Shown here piece after piece: positions 29,458 to 38,254 of a DNA stretch of 64,000 bases. The stretch lies in assembly GCA_001792115.1 (NCBI GenBank), contig MGFX01000006.1, forward strand, positions 18,537 through 82,536. The letters run 5' to 3'. A program made the position numbers and the translations under genes. This stretch comes from Candidatus Woesebacteria bacterium RBG_16_42_24 (GTDB taxonomy: Bacteria; Patescibacteriota; Microgenomatia; UBA8517). The notes under the pieces were generated by a model. The model had not been told where the DNA came from, did not search any database, and worked only from the letters and a program-made list of their open reading frames with translations. Position 1 is the stretch's first letter; each line of letters starts with the position of its first letter.

Positions 29458-29707
29458 ATTTTGCAAAATAATTTTGGAAGTAATTTAGCGTACGCTTTTT
29501 TAAATTTACCCTTTTACCCCTCTTTATTTCTTCAAAAAGAGATTTCATTTTGGAAATACCCAAAACTTTCTCGGCTTCCATAACGTCACCCCAGTCGCCA
29601 TAGGACAGAATGTGTTCCAGGGCGCTTTTGTCAGATAAAGCCTTTTTGTCCTTGATATACCAGGCTAAATATGGCTTCCCCTCTAATATTTTTTGAAGCA
29701 TACTCAT
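29450..29707 (-). CDS. Small putative antitoxin
   Basis: YLAWY...LEHILSYGDW; overlaps the toxin start. Confidence 0.7.
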   Translation of the reverse strand: MSMLQKILEGKPYLAWYIKDKKALSDKSALEHILSYGDWGDVMEAEKVLGISKMKSLFEEIKRGKRVNLKKRTLNYFQNYFAKYA

Positions 29708-29762
29708 ATATTATATCAACTAAGTGGGAAGCAAGCTTAAAGCGTAAGTGCCGAAAGCGATT

Positions 29763-29822
29763 ACAATGCTTTGGTTGTGGTTTGTCAGCTTGGGTCTTTC
29801 TCAGAGAAATGATTTAAGGTAA
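29763..29822 (+). repeat. Displaced copy of the ligase 3' end
   Basis: Translates TMLWLWFVSLGLSQRNDLR*. Confidence 0.85.
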
Positions 29823-29832
29823 AATATGGTAT

Positions 29833-30123
29833 ATGAGCGTGCCTAAATTCTTACAACCCTATTTAGCTTCGTATGATTTGTCAAAGTTAGACAAAGATAG
29901 TAAGGCCGTGCGGGAAGAGATTATTACCCAGGTTCTTAATTTGGGTGACAGGGAAGCTGTCGGGTGGGTTTTTGATAATTATAATATGGACCAGGTTAGA
30001 GATGTTCTGAAAAAGCCAAAACGTGGTTTATGGTTTGAAGAATCTCTTAATTTTTGGCAAAAAATACTTGGCATTGAAGCCAAAGATTCACTAAATAAAG
30101 ATGCCATATTTACAAATCCTTAA
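29833..30123 (+). CDS. Small putative antitoxin (DUF6922-like)
   Basis: PYLASYD...IITQVLNLGD..AVGW...SLNFW. Confidence 0.72.
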   Translation: MSVPKFLQPYLASYDLSKLDKDSKAVREEIITQVLNLGDREAVGWVFDNYNMDQVRDVLKKPKRGLWFEESLNFWQKILGIEAKDSLNKDAIFTNP

Positions 30124-30739
30124 TGATAGGCAGTTGGACTTGATTAAGGGTCTGGACTTCCTTGGCGGAGAAGTTTACTTGGCGGGGGGCACCGGTTTGG
30201 CTCTACAGCTTGGTCATAGAACGTCGCTTGATTTTGATTTCTACTCCAAAATTCGTTTTGATCCTCAACTGCTGGCTGCTTCGTTTCAGGAAAAGTCTAA
30301 AGACTTAAAAATTAATAGTATTGTCAAAGATACGCTTATTCTTACCGTCGATGGTGTAAGTTTTTCTCTTTTTTATTACCCTTATAAGATGATAGGAAAG
30401 AAGGTTAAAGTGGAGAGTATAAATGTGGCTTCTATTCAGGATATTGCCGCAATGAAGCTGGTTGCGGTTGCCATGAGGGGAAAAAGAAGAGATTTTATTG
30501 ACATTTATTATCTATTGAAAAAATATTCTCTTAAAGACCTTTTGGGTTTTGTAAAGACAAAATATCCTTCGTTTGAAGAGATGATGGTTCTTAAGGGACT
30601 GATTTATTTTGAAGATGCAGAAGACGAAGACCTGGCGAGGGGGATAAAAGTTCTTGCTAAACACTTTTCCTGGGAAGACGCCAAGAAAAAAATTCTTCAA
30701 GAAGTTAAGCGCTACCAGCTTGCGATAATTAGAAAGTGA
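30101..30739 (+). CDS. AbiEii/AbiGii-family nucleotidyltransferase toxin
   Basis: YLAGGTGLALQLGHRTSLDFDF, DIAAMKL, RGKRRDFIDIY, LIYFEDAE. Confidence 0.9.
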   Translation: MPYLQILNDRQLDLIKGLDFLGGEVYLAGGTGLALQLGHRTSLDFDFYSKIRFDPQLLAASFQEKSKDLKINSIVKDTLILTVDGVSFSLFYYPYKMIGKKVKVESINVASIQDIAAMKLVAVAMRGKRRDFIDIYYLLKKYSLKDLLGFVKTKYPSFEEMMVLKGLIYFEDAEDEDLARGIKVLAKHFSWEDAKKKILQEVKRYQLAIIRK

Positions 30740-30742
30740 TGG

Positions 30743-30815
30743 TTTTTTGACTGAACCTACTTTATCTATACGATGCTTTGGCTGTGGTTTACCATGCTTG
30801 GGGTTAGCTCAGGGT
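30743..30815 (+). repeat. Displaced, decayed copy of the ligase 3' end
   Basis: Translates FFD*TYFIYTMLWLWFTMLG, then a frameshifted LAQG. Confidence 0.85.
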
Positions 30816-30876
30816 GGAGTCAAACGCGAGTGAACAGTATAAGTATGGTATGTTTTTAGGAACTACGGTTAATATT

Positions 30877-31521
30877 TTATTCGCTGGGGAAATAGACTAT
30901 TTCTACGTTTGTTTTTTCACCATTTTTGGGAAGGAGATTCTGGCTGAAAACTATTTTTACGGTGCTATTGGGTTTTAAGTTCTCGAATTCGAAAGTTTTT
31001 AATTCTCCCCCTACGGTTGAGTAGATAGTCATTTTTTCTAGCTCTTCTTGTAAAAATGGGACCGCCTGCTCTTGTCCGGATGAGCTTACTAAAATTAACC
31101 CATTTGGGTAGGTGACATTACCAATTACAATTGGGACGGACAAGACTTCCTTTATTTTTCCCGTAAGCGTATAGTCAATCGATGCACTTTCGAGAAATTC
31201 TCCTTTGGATTGAAATAGATCCAGGTAACCAACGAGATATAAAGCCCCATCCTTGTCGAAAGTTGCTTGTCCCGAAAGACCAGTAGGCGTAATGGAAGAA
31301 ATCTTCCTGGGTGTTTCCGAGGTATTTGGTGTAGAAGGTTCTTGTGAGCGCCCCTTATAAAGCGCTATCCCTCCCCAGGAAAGAGCAGCAACTATAGCAA
31401 GCACGAGAATCCCAGTTATGATATACAGTCGATATCTATTTTTGAACTCTGCGTCGGACGTAAAAACTTTCGGCTCTGTTTCTGAAAGATTTGTATCCTG
31501 GCCTAGAGAGTTGTCGTTCAC
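30877..31521 (-). CDS. Single-TM hypothetical protein
   Basis: TM plus Ser/Thr/Pro linker; start uncertain. Confidence 0.65.
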   Translation of the reverse strand: MNDNSLGQDTNLSETEPKVFTSDAEFKNRYRLYIITGILVLAIVAALSWGGIALYKGRSQEPSTPNTSETPRKISSITPTGLSGQATFDKDGALYLVGYLDLFQSKGEFLESASIDYTLTGKIKEVLSVPIVIGNVTYPNGLILVSSSGQEQAVPFLQEELEKMTIYSTVGGELKTFEFENLKPNSTVKIVFSQNLLPKNGEKTNVEIVYFPSE

Positions 31522-31627
31522 AATTTGAGTATAAACGATAATTTCAAGAGAGGACAAGAGATAAAGAAAGGGGTGAAGATTTCTCTTTCTATAAAATGGC
31601 TTATATTATTAAGGTAAGGTGTTGAAG

Positions 31628-32746
31628 ATGTTAGGAAGCAATATAATAGATGTAATTATTATCTTTTTTTTGGGGACGCTTCTTTTTTTGGGTGGCCTGG
31701 GGATTGATACAAGTTCGGTGCAAATTCTGGGGATAAGCGTTGGTATTTTGCTATTGGTTTTGATCAGGTTTTGGAAAAAAAAGCTTGATATCCCCGAAGG
31801 CTTCTGGATTTATATCTTCTTTTTGGCAATACTCGCATTAAGTACTTTCTGGAGCGTTAATCTGGAAAGAACTCTTAAGTATTCTGCGTCATTTTTCACA
31901 GGCGGGCTTTTTTGGCTAATTTTTTTTAATATACAAGATCACATTAGAACCAGATTCGGGCACCTTTTAATTCTCTTGAGCTGCCTTTTTGGAGGATTTC
32001 TTATATTCCATTTGATTTCGGGGACCTTAGATCCAAACCCTTGGAGTATTTATTCTTGGACTACGCCAGAAAAAACACACAACCATATCGGTGATCTGTG
32101 GGCATTAGTTGGAATATTGGTTTTTTACCGATGGAGTCTAAAGCGCCCCCTAATTGATACTATATTTCTTGGCTTGACGGTTTTCTTTCTGGCTCTTTCA
32201 CAATCCCGCTCGGCTTATCTTGCGTTAGCAGTAGGGATAGGATTTATGGTCTTGAAACAAGGTTGGAATAAGACAAATAAGAGTATTATTATCACCCTAA
32301 CCATTCTGGTTGTAACCCTCTTTCTTTATTCCGGATTAACCAGGACAACTTTATTTTCAAGACCCTATTTCCTGGTTGGAACGCTCGGCCTAATTACCAG
32401 TCCATTCGGGGTCGGCCTGGGCAATTTTGGCGAGATCTCTAGTAGGGTTAGGGCGAGTTTTCCTTGGACAGCTAACTACATCACTTCATTTGCCCACAAT
32501 ATTTTATTAGAAGTATCTGCTGGAATTGGAATTTTAGGATTGGTTTTTATAACTTGGCTTTTAAGGATATCCAATTACCTTTTCGAAAACAAAGAAAATC
32601 TTCTATTTAAAGCATTATTTTTTGCACTACTTACCAATTTTATGTTCGATACTACTTATTTGATTCCTTCGATGGTGTGGTTATGGTTTGCGAGTTTGGG
32701 GTTGGCGCAAAATGAAAGAAGCAACAATAAATTATTCAATGAGTAA
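31628..32746 (+). CDS. O-antigen ligase family membrane protein (paralogue B)
   Basis: THNHIGDLW, SQSRSAY, PFGVGLGNF, AHNILLE; clearly paralogous to 26656-27804. Confidence 0.85.
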   Translation: MLGSNIIDVIIIFFLGTLLFLGGLGIDTSSVQILGISVGILLLVLIRFWKKKLDIPEGFWIYIFFLAILALSTFWSVNLERTLKYSASFFTGGLFWLIFFNIQDHIRTRFGHLLILLSCLFGGFLIFHLISGTLDPNPWSIYSWTTPEKTHNHIGDLWALVGILVFYRWSLKRPLIDTIFLGLTVFFLALSQSRSAYLALAVGIGFMVLKQGWNKTNKSIIITLTILVVTLFLYSGLTRTTLFSRPYFLVGTLGLITSPFGVGLGNFGEISSRVRASFPWTANYITSFAHNILLEVSAGIGILGLVFITWLLRISNYLFENKENLLFKALFFALLTNFMFDTTYLIPSMVWLWFASLGLAQNERSNNKLFNE

Positions 32747-32783
32747 TTTCGCAATGCAGATTATAGGGGGATTTTCCTGCGAT

Positions 32784-33545
32784 TTAGGAACGAGCTAAAC
32801 CCAAAAATCGTAGCTCATAAGAAGAATGTGGAGCCCTATCTTTAAGTGAGATCGGTGATCTTTCAGATTTCTCTCCAGCCTTAAGGGGGTTAAATTCATC
32901 AGAATTGGTGTAAATACTTTGCACTACCTGTCTTTCCTGGTTAAGCAGATTGATTTGGGCTTGGACAATCAGTTTTCCCTTCAAATCTTGAGTTGCTTCA
33001 TAGGTAAGCGATAGAATGCCCGTTTCACTAACATACTTTGGTGTTACCTGAAATTCGTTAGACGGGGAATAACCCAGATTTTGCAGATAATTATGGTCAA
33101 GTATGGAAACCCAGGCTTCCTGTTTTCCTCCTAGAAATGGAGGATAAAAAACAACGATATCCGAATTAGCAGGCACCATGGCCATCTGTTTAAATCGATC
33201 CATATGATTTTGAGCATTAGCGGGTTCTTCCACCCGAATATTAACTACCTTCCCATTCTCATCTCTTTCAGGTAGTTCCAGTCTGAATGCTATTGCGCTA
33301 GAGTTTGGATTAAAAATTCGCCAGTATGGCCAAGGATTTTTCTCAGGATGTGTTTCCGAGCGGCTTTCTCCTGCTAATTCTATTGATAAAGGAAGGTCCG
33401 TCTTTTTCTCGAGAGCTTCGAACGAAACCAACCTCCCGACTCTTGCGATCACTCCTCCCCACATTAACCCTGAAACGGATAAACCGCCAATTTTCAAAAC
33501 ATCCCTTCTGCTAAGCACAGATTTAGATTTTCTTTCTGTATTCAT
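32784..33545 (-). CDS. Hypothetical protein with twin-arginine-like N-terminus
   Basis: LSRRDVLK plus a hydrophobic stretch. Confidence 0.65.
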   Translation of the reverse strand: MNTERKSKSVLSRRDVLKIGGLSVSGLMWGGVIARVGRLVSFEALEKKTDLPLSIELAGESRSETHPEKNPWPYWRIFNPNSSAIAFRLELPERDENGKVVNIRVEEPANAQNHMDRFKQMAMVPANSDIVVFYPPFLGGKQEAWVSILDHNYLQNLGYSPSNEFQVTPKYVSETGILSLTYEATQDLKGKLIVQAQINLLNQERQVVQSIYTNSDEFNPLKAGEKSERSPISLKDRAPHSSYELRFLGLARS

Positions 33546-33754
33546 ATATCCTATTTTTCGACTTAAGGGGATTATAACATATAAAGAAAAAATTACGAAT
33601 TCTGAGTTAACTTAGAGAATAATTTAAGATAATATGTAAGATTACCGATAATTAGATTATCGAAACTTTTCCCACCAAGACCAAGAGGTAGTAGTTCCCA
33701 AAAAACATAACCTGTAGTTTGAAGGAAATTGAAGGTGGTGATATAATTCTTCAA

Positions 33755-34549
33755 ATGGCAAAAGAGCTCACAGGAAGAGAGTTTCTGGGAGCCGTTGCAT
33801 TAGGGGTAGGCGGGCTCGTTCTTTCTGGTTGTACAGGAGTTCCGGTCACAGAGGCTGTTCCTTCTTCTACTCCAAAACCTACAAACACAGAGACCAAGGT
33901 TCCACCAACTTCTACAGGTATTCCTACCGCTACCCCAACCCCAACTCCCACCCCGACAGAAATCCCGACCCCCACCGAAGTCCCAATGTATACGGGCGAG
34001 TTCCCCGACACGAGTGAGTATTACAGGCGAATGGGAGCTTTGGAACAGCACTTTTTAGAGTTCACGGAAGTAAGGACACTTGAGGATATGAAACTACTAC
34101 AGCTTTTTTTTGGGGCGCCGCTGAGCCTTGTACAAGTATCAAACGACCCCGATACGGGAATAACGCAGTTTGTTTGGGGATTTAGCGTAAGGGGAAACGA
34201 TTACCGTTTTAGAACCTATGCCTTGCCCTACTGTGAGTTCAAAATGGCAGATATCGATCACTACGTTCCCGGGGGCGGCGACTTAGTAGGCAATCCCACC
34301 ATAGGGCAATACCGCAATCCGGTATTCCTAGCAGTGCAAGAGCCTCTAAGTGAAGCTTGGATAGAATTTACAGGAGGGTATTTTCCAGCCTGTAGCGACG
34401 TTATGGGAGATTTATTACCCCAGGATAAGGACCGTCTAGGACAATTCTTTTTTAATGGAAATACAGAAGGTTTTGAGATTGACGAAAAGGGCATATTGGA
34501 CCTAAGAAGAGTACTTATTACAACTAATGTGCTGGTAGCGAACGAATAA
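33755..34549 (+). CDS. Putative lipoprotein with PT-rich linker
   Basis: LVLSGC lipobox, TPTPTPTP linker; C-terminal domain paralogous to the next gene. Confidence 0.7.
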   Translation: MAKELTGREFLGAVALGVGGLVLSGCTGVPVTEAVPSSTPKPTNTETKVPPTSTGIPTATPTPTPTPTEIPTPTEVPMYTGEFPDTSEYYRRMGALEQHFLEFTEVRTLEDMKLLQLFFGAPLSLVQVSNDPDTGITQFVWGFSVRGNDYRFRTYALPYCEFKMADIDHYVPGGGDLVGNPTIGQYRNPVFLAVQEPLSEAWIEFTGGYFPACSDVMGDLLPQDKDRLGQFFFNGNTEGFEIDEKGILDLRRVLITTNVLVANE

Positions 34550-34599
34550 CTATTGCCGGCCAAGCGCTTCGCTTGACACAGTGACCTTTTTTTGGTGGA

Positions 34600-35271
34600 A
34601 TGGAAGCGGGAGAGATAGTGACGAAAAGGATTTTTTTATTGTTTCTTGTAGTCGCGGTTTTAGCTCTTGCATTAGTTGCCGGGCTCTATGTTGGAAAAAG
34701 AACCACAAATAAGGTACCGGACTCCTCCGAGGAAAAAAATGAGCCAGTTCAGACGTGGGGAGAAGTTGAAATTCTTCCCGGGGGCAGAGACTTTGTAGAT
34801 TTGGAATTCTTTCAGCTATTTAGATCCTCCTCGGTTTTGTCGAGTTTAACCCACGACGCTGATATTCCCCAAGTAACCGAAATGGTGTGGCAATTTGATT
34901 TAGATGGAAAAGATTACAGTTTTAGGACATTGGGCGTACCCTGTGAGTTCCAGAGAGTGAACGATGGCAACTACTCCAAACTTGGTGCTGGCCTAGATAA
35001 ATTAACGACGGGAAAAACCTACAGATTGATGTTTGCCGGGCTAGAAAGCCCTTTAAAACGCTCTATGCTCGATAAACTGGATAAATACAACGATTTACTT
35101 CCCGGCTGCAGGGAGGTATGGGGTAGCCTGCGGGCAGATTCCCAGGACCCGGAACGCCTAAGGCGTTTTTTTACAAGCGGGCAAATAGAAGGCTTTGAAA
35201 TTGACGAAAATGGAGTTTTAGACCTGAGAAAAATAATTACCTTGATAGAATGGCGGAGCCTTAATGATTAA
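34600..35271 (+). CDS. Single-TM hypothetical protein, paralogue of the upstream gene
   Basis: Shared DY.FRT...CEF and EGFEIDE.G.LDLR motifs. Confidence 0.7.
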   Translation: MEAGEIVTKRIFLLFLVVAVLALALVAGLYVGKRTTNKVPDSSEEKNEPVQTWGEVEILPGGRDFVDLEFFQLFRSSSVLSSLTHDADIPQVTEMVWQFDLDGKDYSFRTLGVPCEFQRVNDGNYSKLGAGLDKLTTGKTYRLMFAGLESPLKRSMLDKLDKYNDLLPGCREVWGSLRADSQDPERLRRFFTSGQIEGFEIDENGVLDLRKIITLIEWRSLND

Positions 35272-36889
35272 ATTAATTTATAAAAGCATACTGGGAATAA
35301 TGGCTTTTGTAATTCTAATATTTTTGTTTAATCAGACCGCACGGGCGGCGAATATTTGCGGTGATTATCTGACAATTGATGTTTTTGACTACGAATGGTG
35401 GGTTGGCCCGGGGAATTACCCATGGGGTGCCTGTCAAGACGTCCTCGTTTATTTTCCCACGGGAAGTCATGACGAGTCCTGCAGCCCAACAAACGGTGAT
35501 TGTAAAACCGATAGGGCTGTTTGTGCAGATGTAAGCCCTAGAAGGTGTACCCCTGGTGGCTACAACACATCCCCGTGTACATCTCTCGACAATGACTGGT
35601 GTGCATCTGCTATTGAAGAGGCACAATGTGAAGCGGGGACTCGCTATTTTTGTCAGGACAGCGATTCTACCTATATCGGTAGTGCCAGCTGTACTCCCCA
35701 AAGATATGATTGCTGGATTAATTGGGATCCTACTTCCACTCCCCCGGGTGGAGGTGGAACTGCAACTCCTATTCCCACTCCCTCGTGTACACTTTCCTTT
35801 AGCCCTTCTCCGGTTAATGTGACAATTGGTGATACTGCCAATGTAACTGCCAATGTAGTTCCATCAAACGGGACCGTGGACAGGGTGGATTTTGCAATAG
35901 CGAATCCGGCAATTGCTACGATTAATCCTAATACGGATAATATCTTCCCATATCGAACGGTGGTTAGGGGCGTGACACCAGGAAATACTGAATTAAGGGC
36001 AACTGCATATATGGGTGGGGTAGCAACCTGTGGGTATGGAACTCCGGTCGACCCTGCCGCCGACCCCGTCAACGTAACCAACCCCAACCCCTGGTGGCGA
36101 GTGTTCAATGGGGATGTAATTACCAATGCAAGCTTACGCTCTCTAATTCCCTCAACCTGCAGCTCCCCTGGTTGTAATCCTGCCTTTAGTCTTACCCCTC
36201 TCGGTGGCCAACCCGGACTTCCCTCATACGTAGGAGGTTTTGACTTTAGTGCGGGGATTGGAACGGGAACAGTATCCTCTACCGGCTGGATAGCGCAGGC
36301 CCGCTATGATGCCCAGAATCCATATAACTACGCCTTCTTTGAAAGGCAGGTTCCGGGGGACACGGTTAGAAACGTTATAGCAGACGTAAACAACCCGACC
36401 ACCCCCAATTATCTCAAAAACCAGGGTACCGACTCTCCCGATGGCTATAAATGGTACTTCAGGGAAGGGGATTTGACGATTGCACGCCCCGGGCCTCTTT
36501 TCAGGACAAAACTTAATAAAAGAAAGGTAGTTCTATTTGTTAGCGGAAACCTGACTATAAACGAATACATACAGTTAGATACGGGTGAAGGCTTTTTCAT
36601 GGCGATTGCGGGTGGGAATATTACGGTTAACTCCATTTCGGCACCCGCCAGTGATCCCGACATTGAAGGAATATATGTCACCGACGCTAACTTCATAAGT
36701 ACTGCTGATCCCGAGCAGCTCTCTGTCAGGGGAATGGTAGCAGCCTACGGCCAGGTTATCCTCGGGCGGGACTTGGCCGATGATTCACAAACCCCAGCCG
36801 AAACCTTTGAATATGCACCCGACCAGCTCCTTCTAATGCCTTTCTCTCTCAACCTCAAGCGCACCCGTTGGAAAGAAGTGGCGCCCTAA
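35264..36889 (+). CDS. Secreted Cys-rich/Ig-like surface protein
   Basis: Signal peptide, Cys-rich region, Ig-like beta domain, beta-helix-like C-terminus ending WKEVAP. Confidence 0.7.
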   Translation: MIKLIYKSILGIMAFVILIFLFNQTARAANICGDYLTIDVFDYEWWVGPGNYPWGACQDVLVYFPTGSHDESCSPTNGDCKTDRAVCADVSPRRCTPGGYNTSPCTSLDNDWCASAIEEAQCEAGTRYFCQDSDSTYIGSASCTPQRYDCWINWDPTSTPPGGGGTATPIPTPSCTLSFSPSPVNVTIGDTANVTANVVPSNGTVDRVDFAIANPAIATINPNTDNIFPYRTVVRGVTPGNTELRATAYMGGVATCGYGTPVDPAADPVNVTNPNPWWRVFNGDVITNASLRSLIPSTCSSPGCNPAFSLTPLGGQPGLPSYVGGFDFSAGIGTGTVSSTGWIAQARYDAQNPYNYAFFERQVPGDTVRNVIADVNNPTTPNYLKNQGTDSPDGYKWYFREGDLTIARPGPLFRTKLNKRKVVLFVSGNLTINEYIQLDTGEGFFMAIAGGNITVNSISAPASDPDIEGIYVTDANFISTADPEQLSVRGMVAAYGQVILGRDLADDSQTPAETFEYAPDQLLLMPFSLNLKRTRWKEVAP

Positions 36890-36964
36890 GGAGAATTTCC
36901 ATTTTCCATTCGCCAATTACCAATTTCTAAGCTTGATTTCCTCATATGCTAGAATCACATAAGA

Positions 36965-37294
36965 ATGATTGTTTATTTGGAAAAACCCGCAACTTATGAT
37001 GAGATAAAAAGGGCGAGTGAAGAGTTTGGGACTTACATAAAAATTAGCGTTGATATTCTAAGAAAAGTAGCCGTAATAGGTGGAAAGCTCCACGCTGACG
37101 AGGAAAGACTTCTACTCGAAAAAGGATCAAAACAAGAAAATATTTGGGGAGGAGGATACGATATGAAATCTGGAAGAATTGACTCCCAGGCAGTAATTAA
37201 TATTAGACCAGGAAAGGGGAATGATAGTATGGAAATATTAGATCCCAATATTAGAAAAAACTTTTTGAGCCTTGCCAAAAAATTCCTGAAATGA
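36965..37294 (+). CDS. DUF5674-like protein
   Basis: IKISVDI, GGKLHADEE..LL..GS.QENIWGG, INIRP. Confidence 0.75.
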   Translation: MIVYLEKPATYDEIKRASEEFGTYIKISVDILRKVAVIGGKLHADEERLLLEKGSKQENIWGGGYDMKSGRIDSQAVINIRPGKGNDSMEILDPNIRKNFLSLAKKFLK

Positions 37295-37518
37295 CTAAAC
37301 AAGATAGATTAAATGCCGCCTCGGACCTTAAACGAATCGCTTATTGGTTGGCGGTGGGGGATAGAACCAAGGCCCGTTTAATGAACCAAATTTGGAAAAA
37401 GGATTATCGAAAATTTACTTCTATTAAAAACCCAGAGAAAGCCCTTAATAACAAAGTTAAACGACTGTCACTTGCAGAGGAACTTCTGTTTACAAGCCTG
37501 AAACTTCAGTATCAATAA
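37291..37518 (+). CDS. Small helical hypothetical protein coupled to the DUF5674-like gene
   Basis: ATGA overlap; SDLKRIA...AEELL. Confidence 0.65.
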   Translation: MTKQDRLNAASDLKRIAYWLAVGDRTKARLMNQIWKKDYRKFTSIKNPEKALNNKVKRLSLAEELLFTSLKLQYQ

Positions 37519-37624
37519 TAAGTCCCGCTGGAAAGAAGTGGCCCCCTAAAGAGAATTTCCAATTTCCAATCGCCAATTACCAATTTCTAAGCTTGATTTC
37601 CTCATATGCTAGAATCACATAAGA

Positions 37625-38248
37625 ATGATTGTTTATTTTGTTCGCCATGGGGAGTCGCAGGCTAGTGCGGCAGATATTTTTCAAAAAGACGACGACCCTC
37701 TTTCGGAAAGAGGGAAAGAGCAAGTAGAGATACTATCCGAAAAACTAAAATCGTTTTCAATCGGAAGTATCTTTTCAAGCCCCCTTATAAGAGCGAAAGA
37801 ATCGGCCGAGATTGTATCAAAAAATCTTGGGAAACCTTTTGAAATTTGGAACGAGCTTACAGAAACCCGTAACCCCAGTGAAATAATGGGAAAGCCGATG
37901 GATGATGCCGAAGTAAGAAAAGTAAGAGCCCTGATTAAAGAAAACTATCATAAAGGAAATTGGAAATATTCGGATGAAGAAACTTTTGAGGAGTTAAGAA
38001 AAAGGGGAAAGGAAGCAATCGAGAATCTCTTAAAAAAGGATGAGGAAGAACCCGTCCTTTGTATTTCTCATGCAGGGATAATAAAAATGATTTTGTCTTT
38101 AATGATTTTCCCAGACAGCTTGACCGCACCATTGTATTGGAATTTTAAGTATCATCTGGCTTCCGAATATACAGGGATAACTACTTGTAAATATTCCGAA
38201 AGCCGTGGCTGGTGGGTAATTACCTGGAACGACACAACCCACCTTTAG
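37625..38248 (+). CDS. Histidine phosphatase (phosphoglycerate mutase family)
   Basis: YFVRHGES, PLSERGKEQ, SSPLIRAKESA, ISHAGII, WNDTTHL. Confidence 0.92.
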   Translation: MIVYFVRHGESQASAADIFQKDDDPLSERGKEQVEILSEKLKSFSIGSIFSSPLIRAKESAEIVSKNLGKPFEIWNELTETRNPSEIMGKPMDDAEVRKVRALIKENYHKGNWKYSDEETFEELRKRGKEAIENLLKKDEEEPVLCISHAGIIKMILSLMIFPDSLTAPLYWNFKYHLASEYTGITTCKYSESRGWWVITWNDTTHL

Positions 38249-38254
38249 GCGAGG

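Larger units (their letters stand above)
36864..37638 (+). repeat. 115-bp direct repeat (36864-36978 and 37524-37638) flanking a two-gene cassette
   Basis: Five mismatches by manual alignment; spans RWKEVAP*, the intergenic region/promoter and ATGATTGTTTATTT. Confidence 0.92.

Noticed and set aside
27715-30815. CRISPR array or diversity-generating retroelement interpretation of the repeats
   Set aside because: Spacing is irregular and gene-sized, differences are not adenine-specific, and no cas or reverse transcriptase gene is in the window.
33870-33985. ACNCCN-type repeats (also about 40225-40270 and 55625-55750)
   Set aside because: Ordinary Pro/Thr linker coding sequence.
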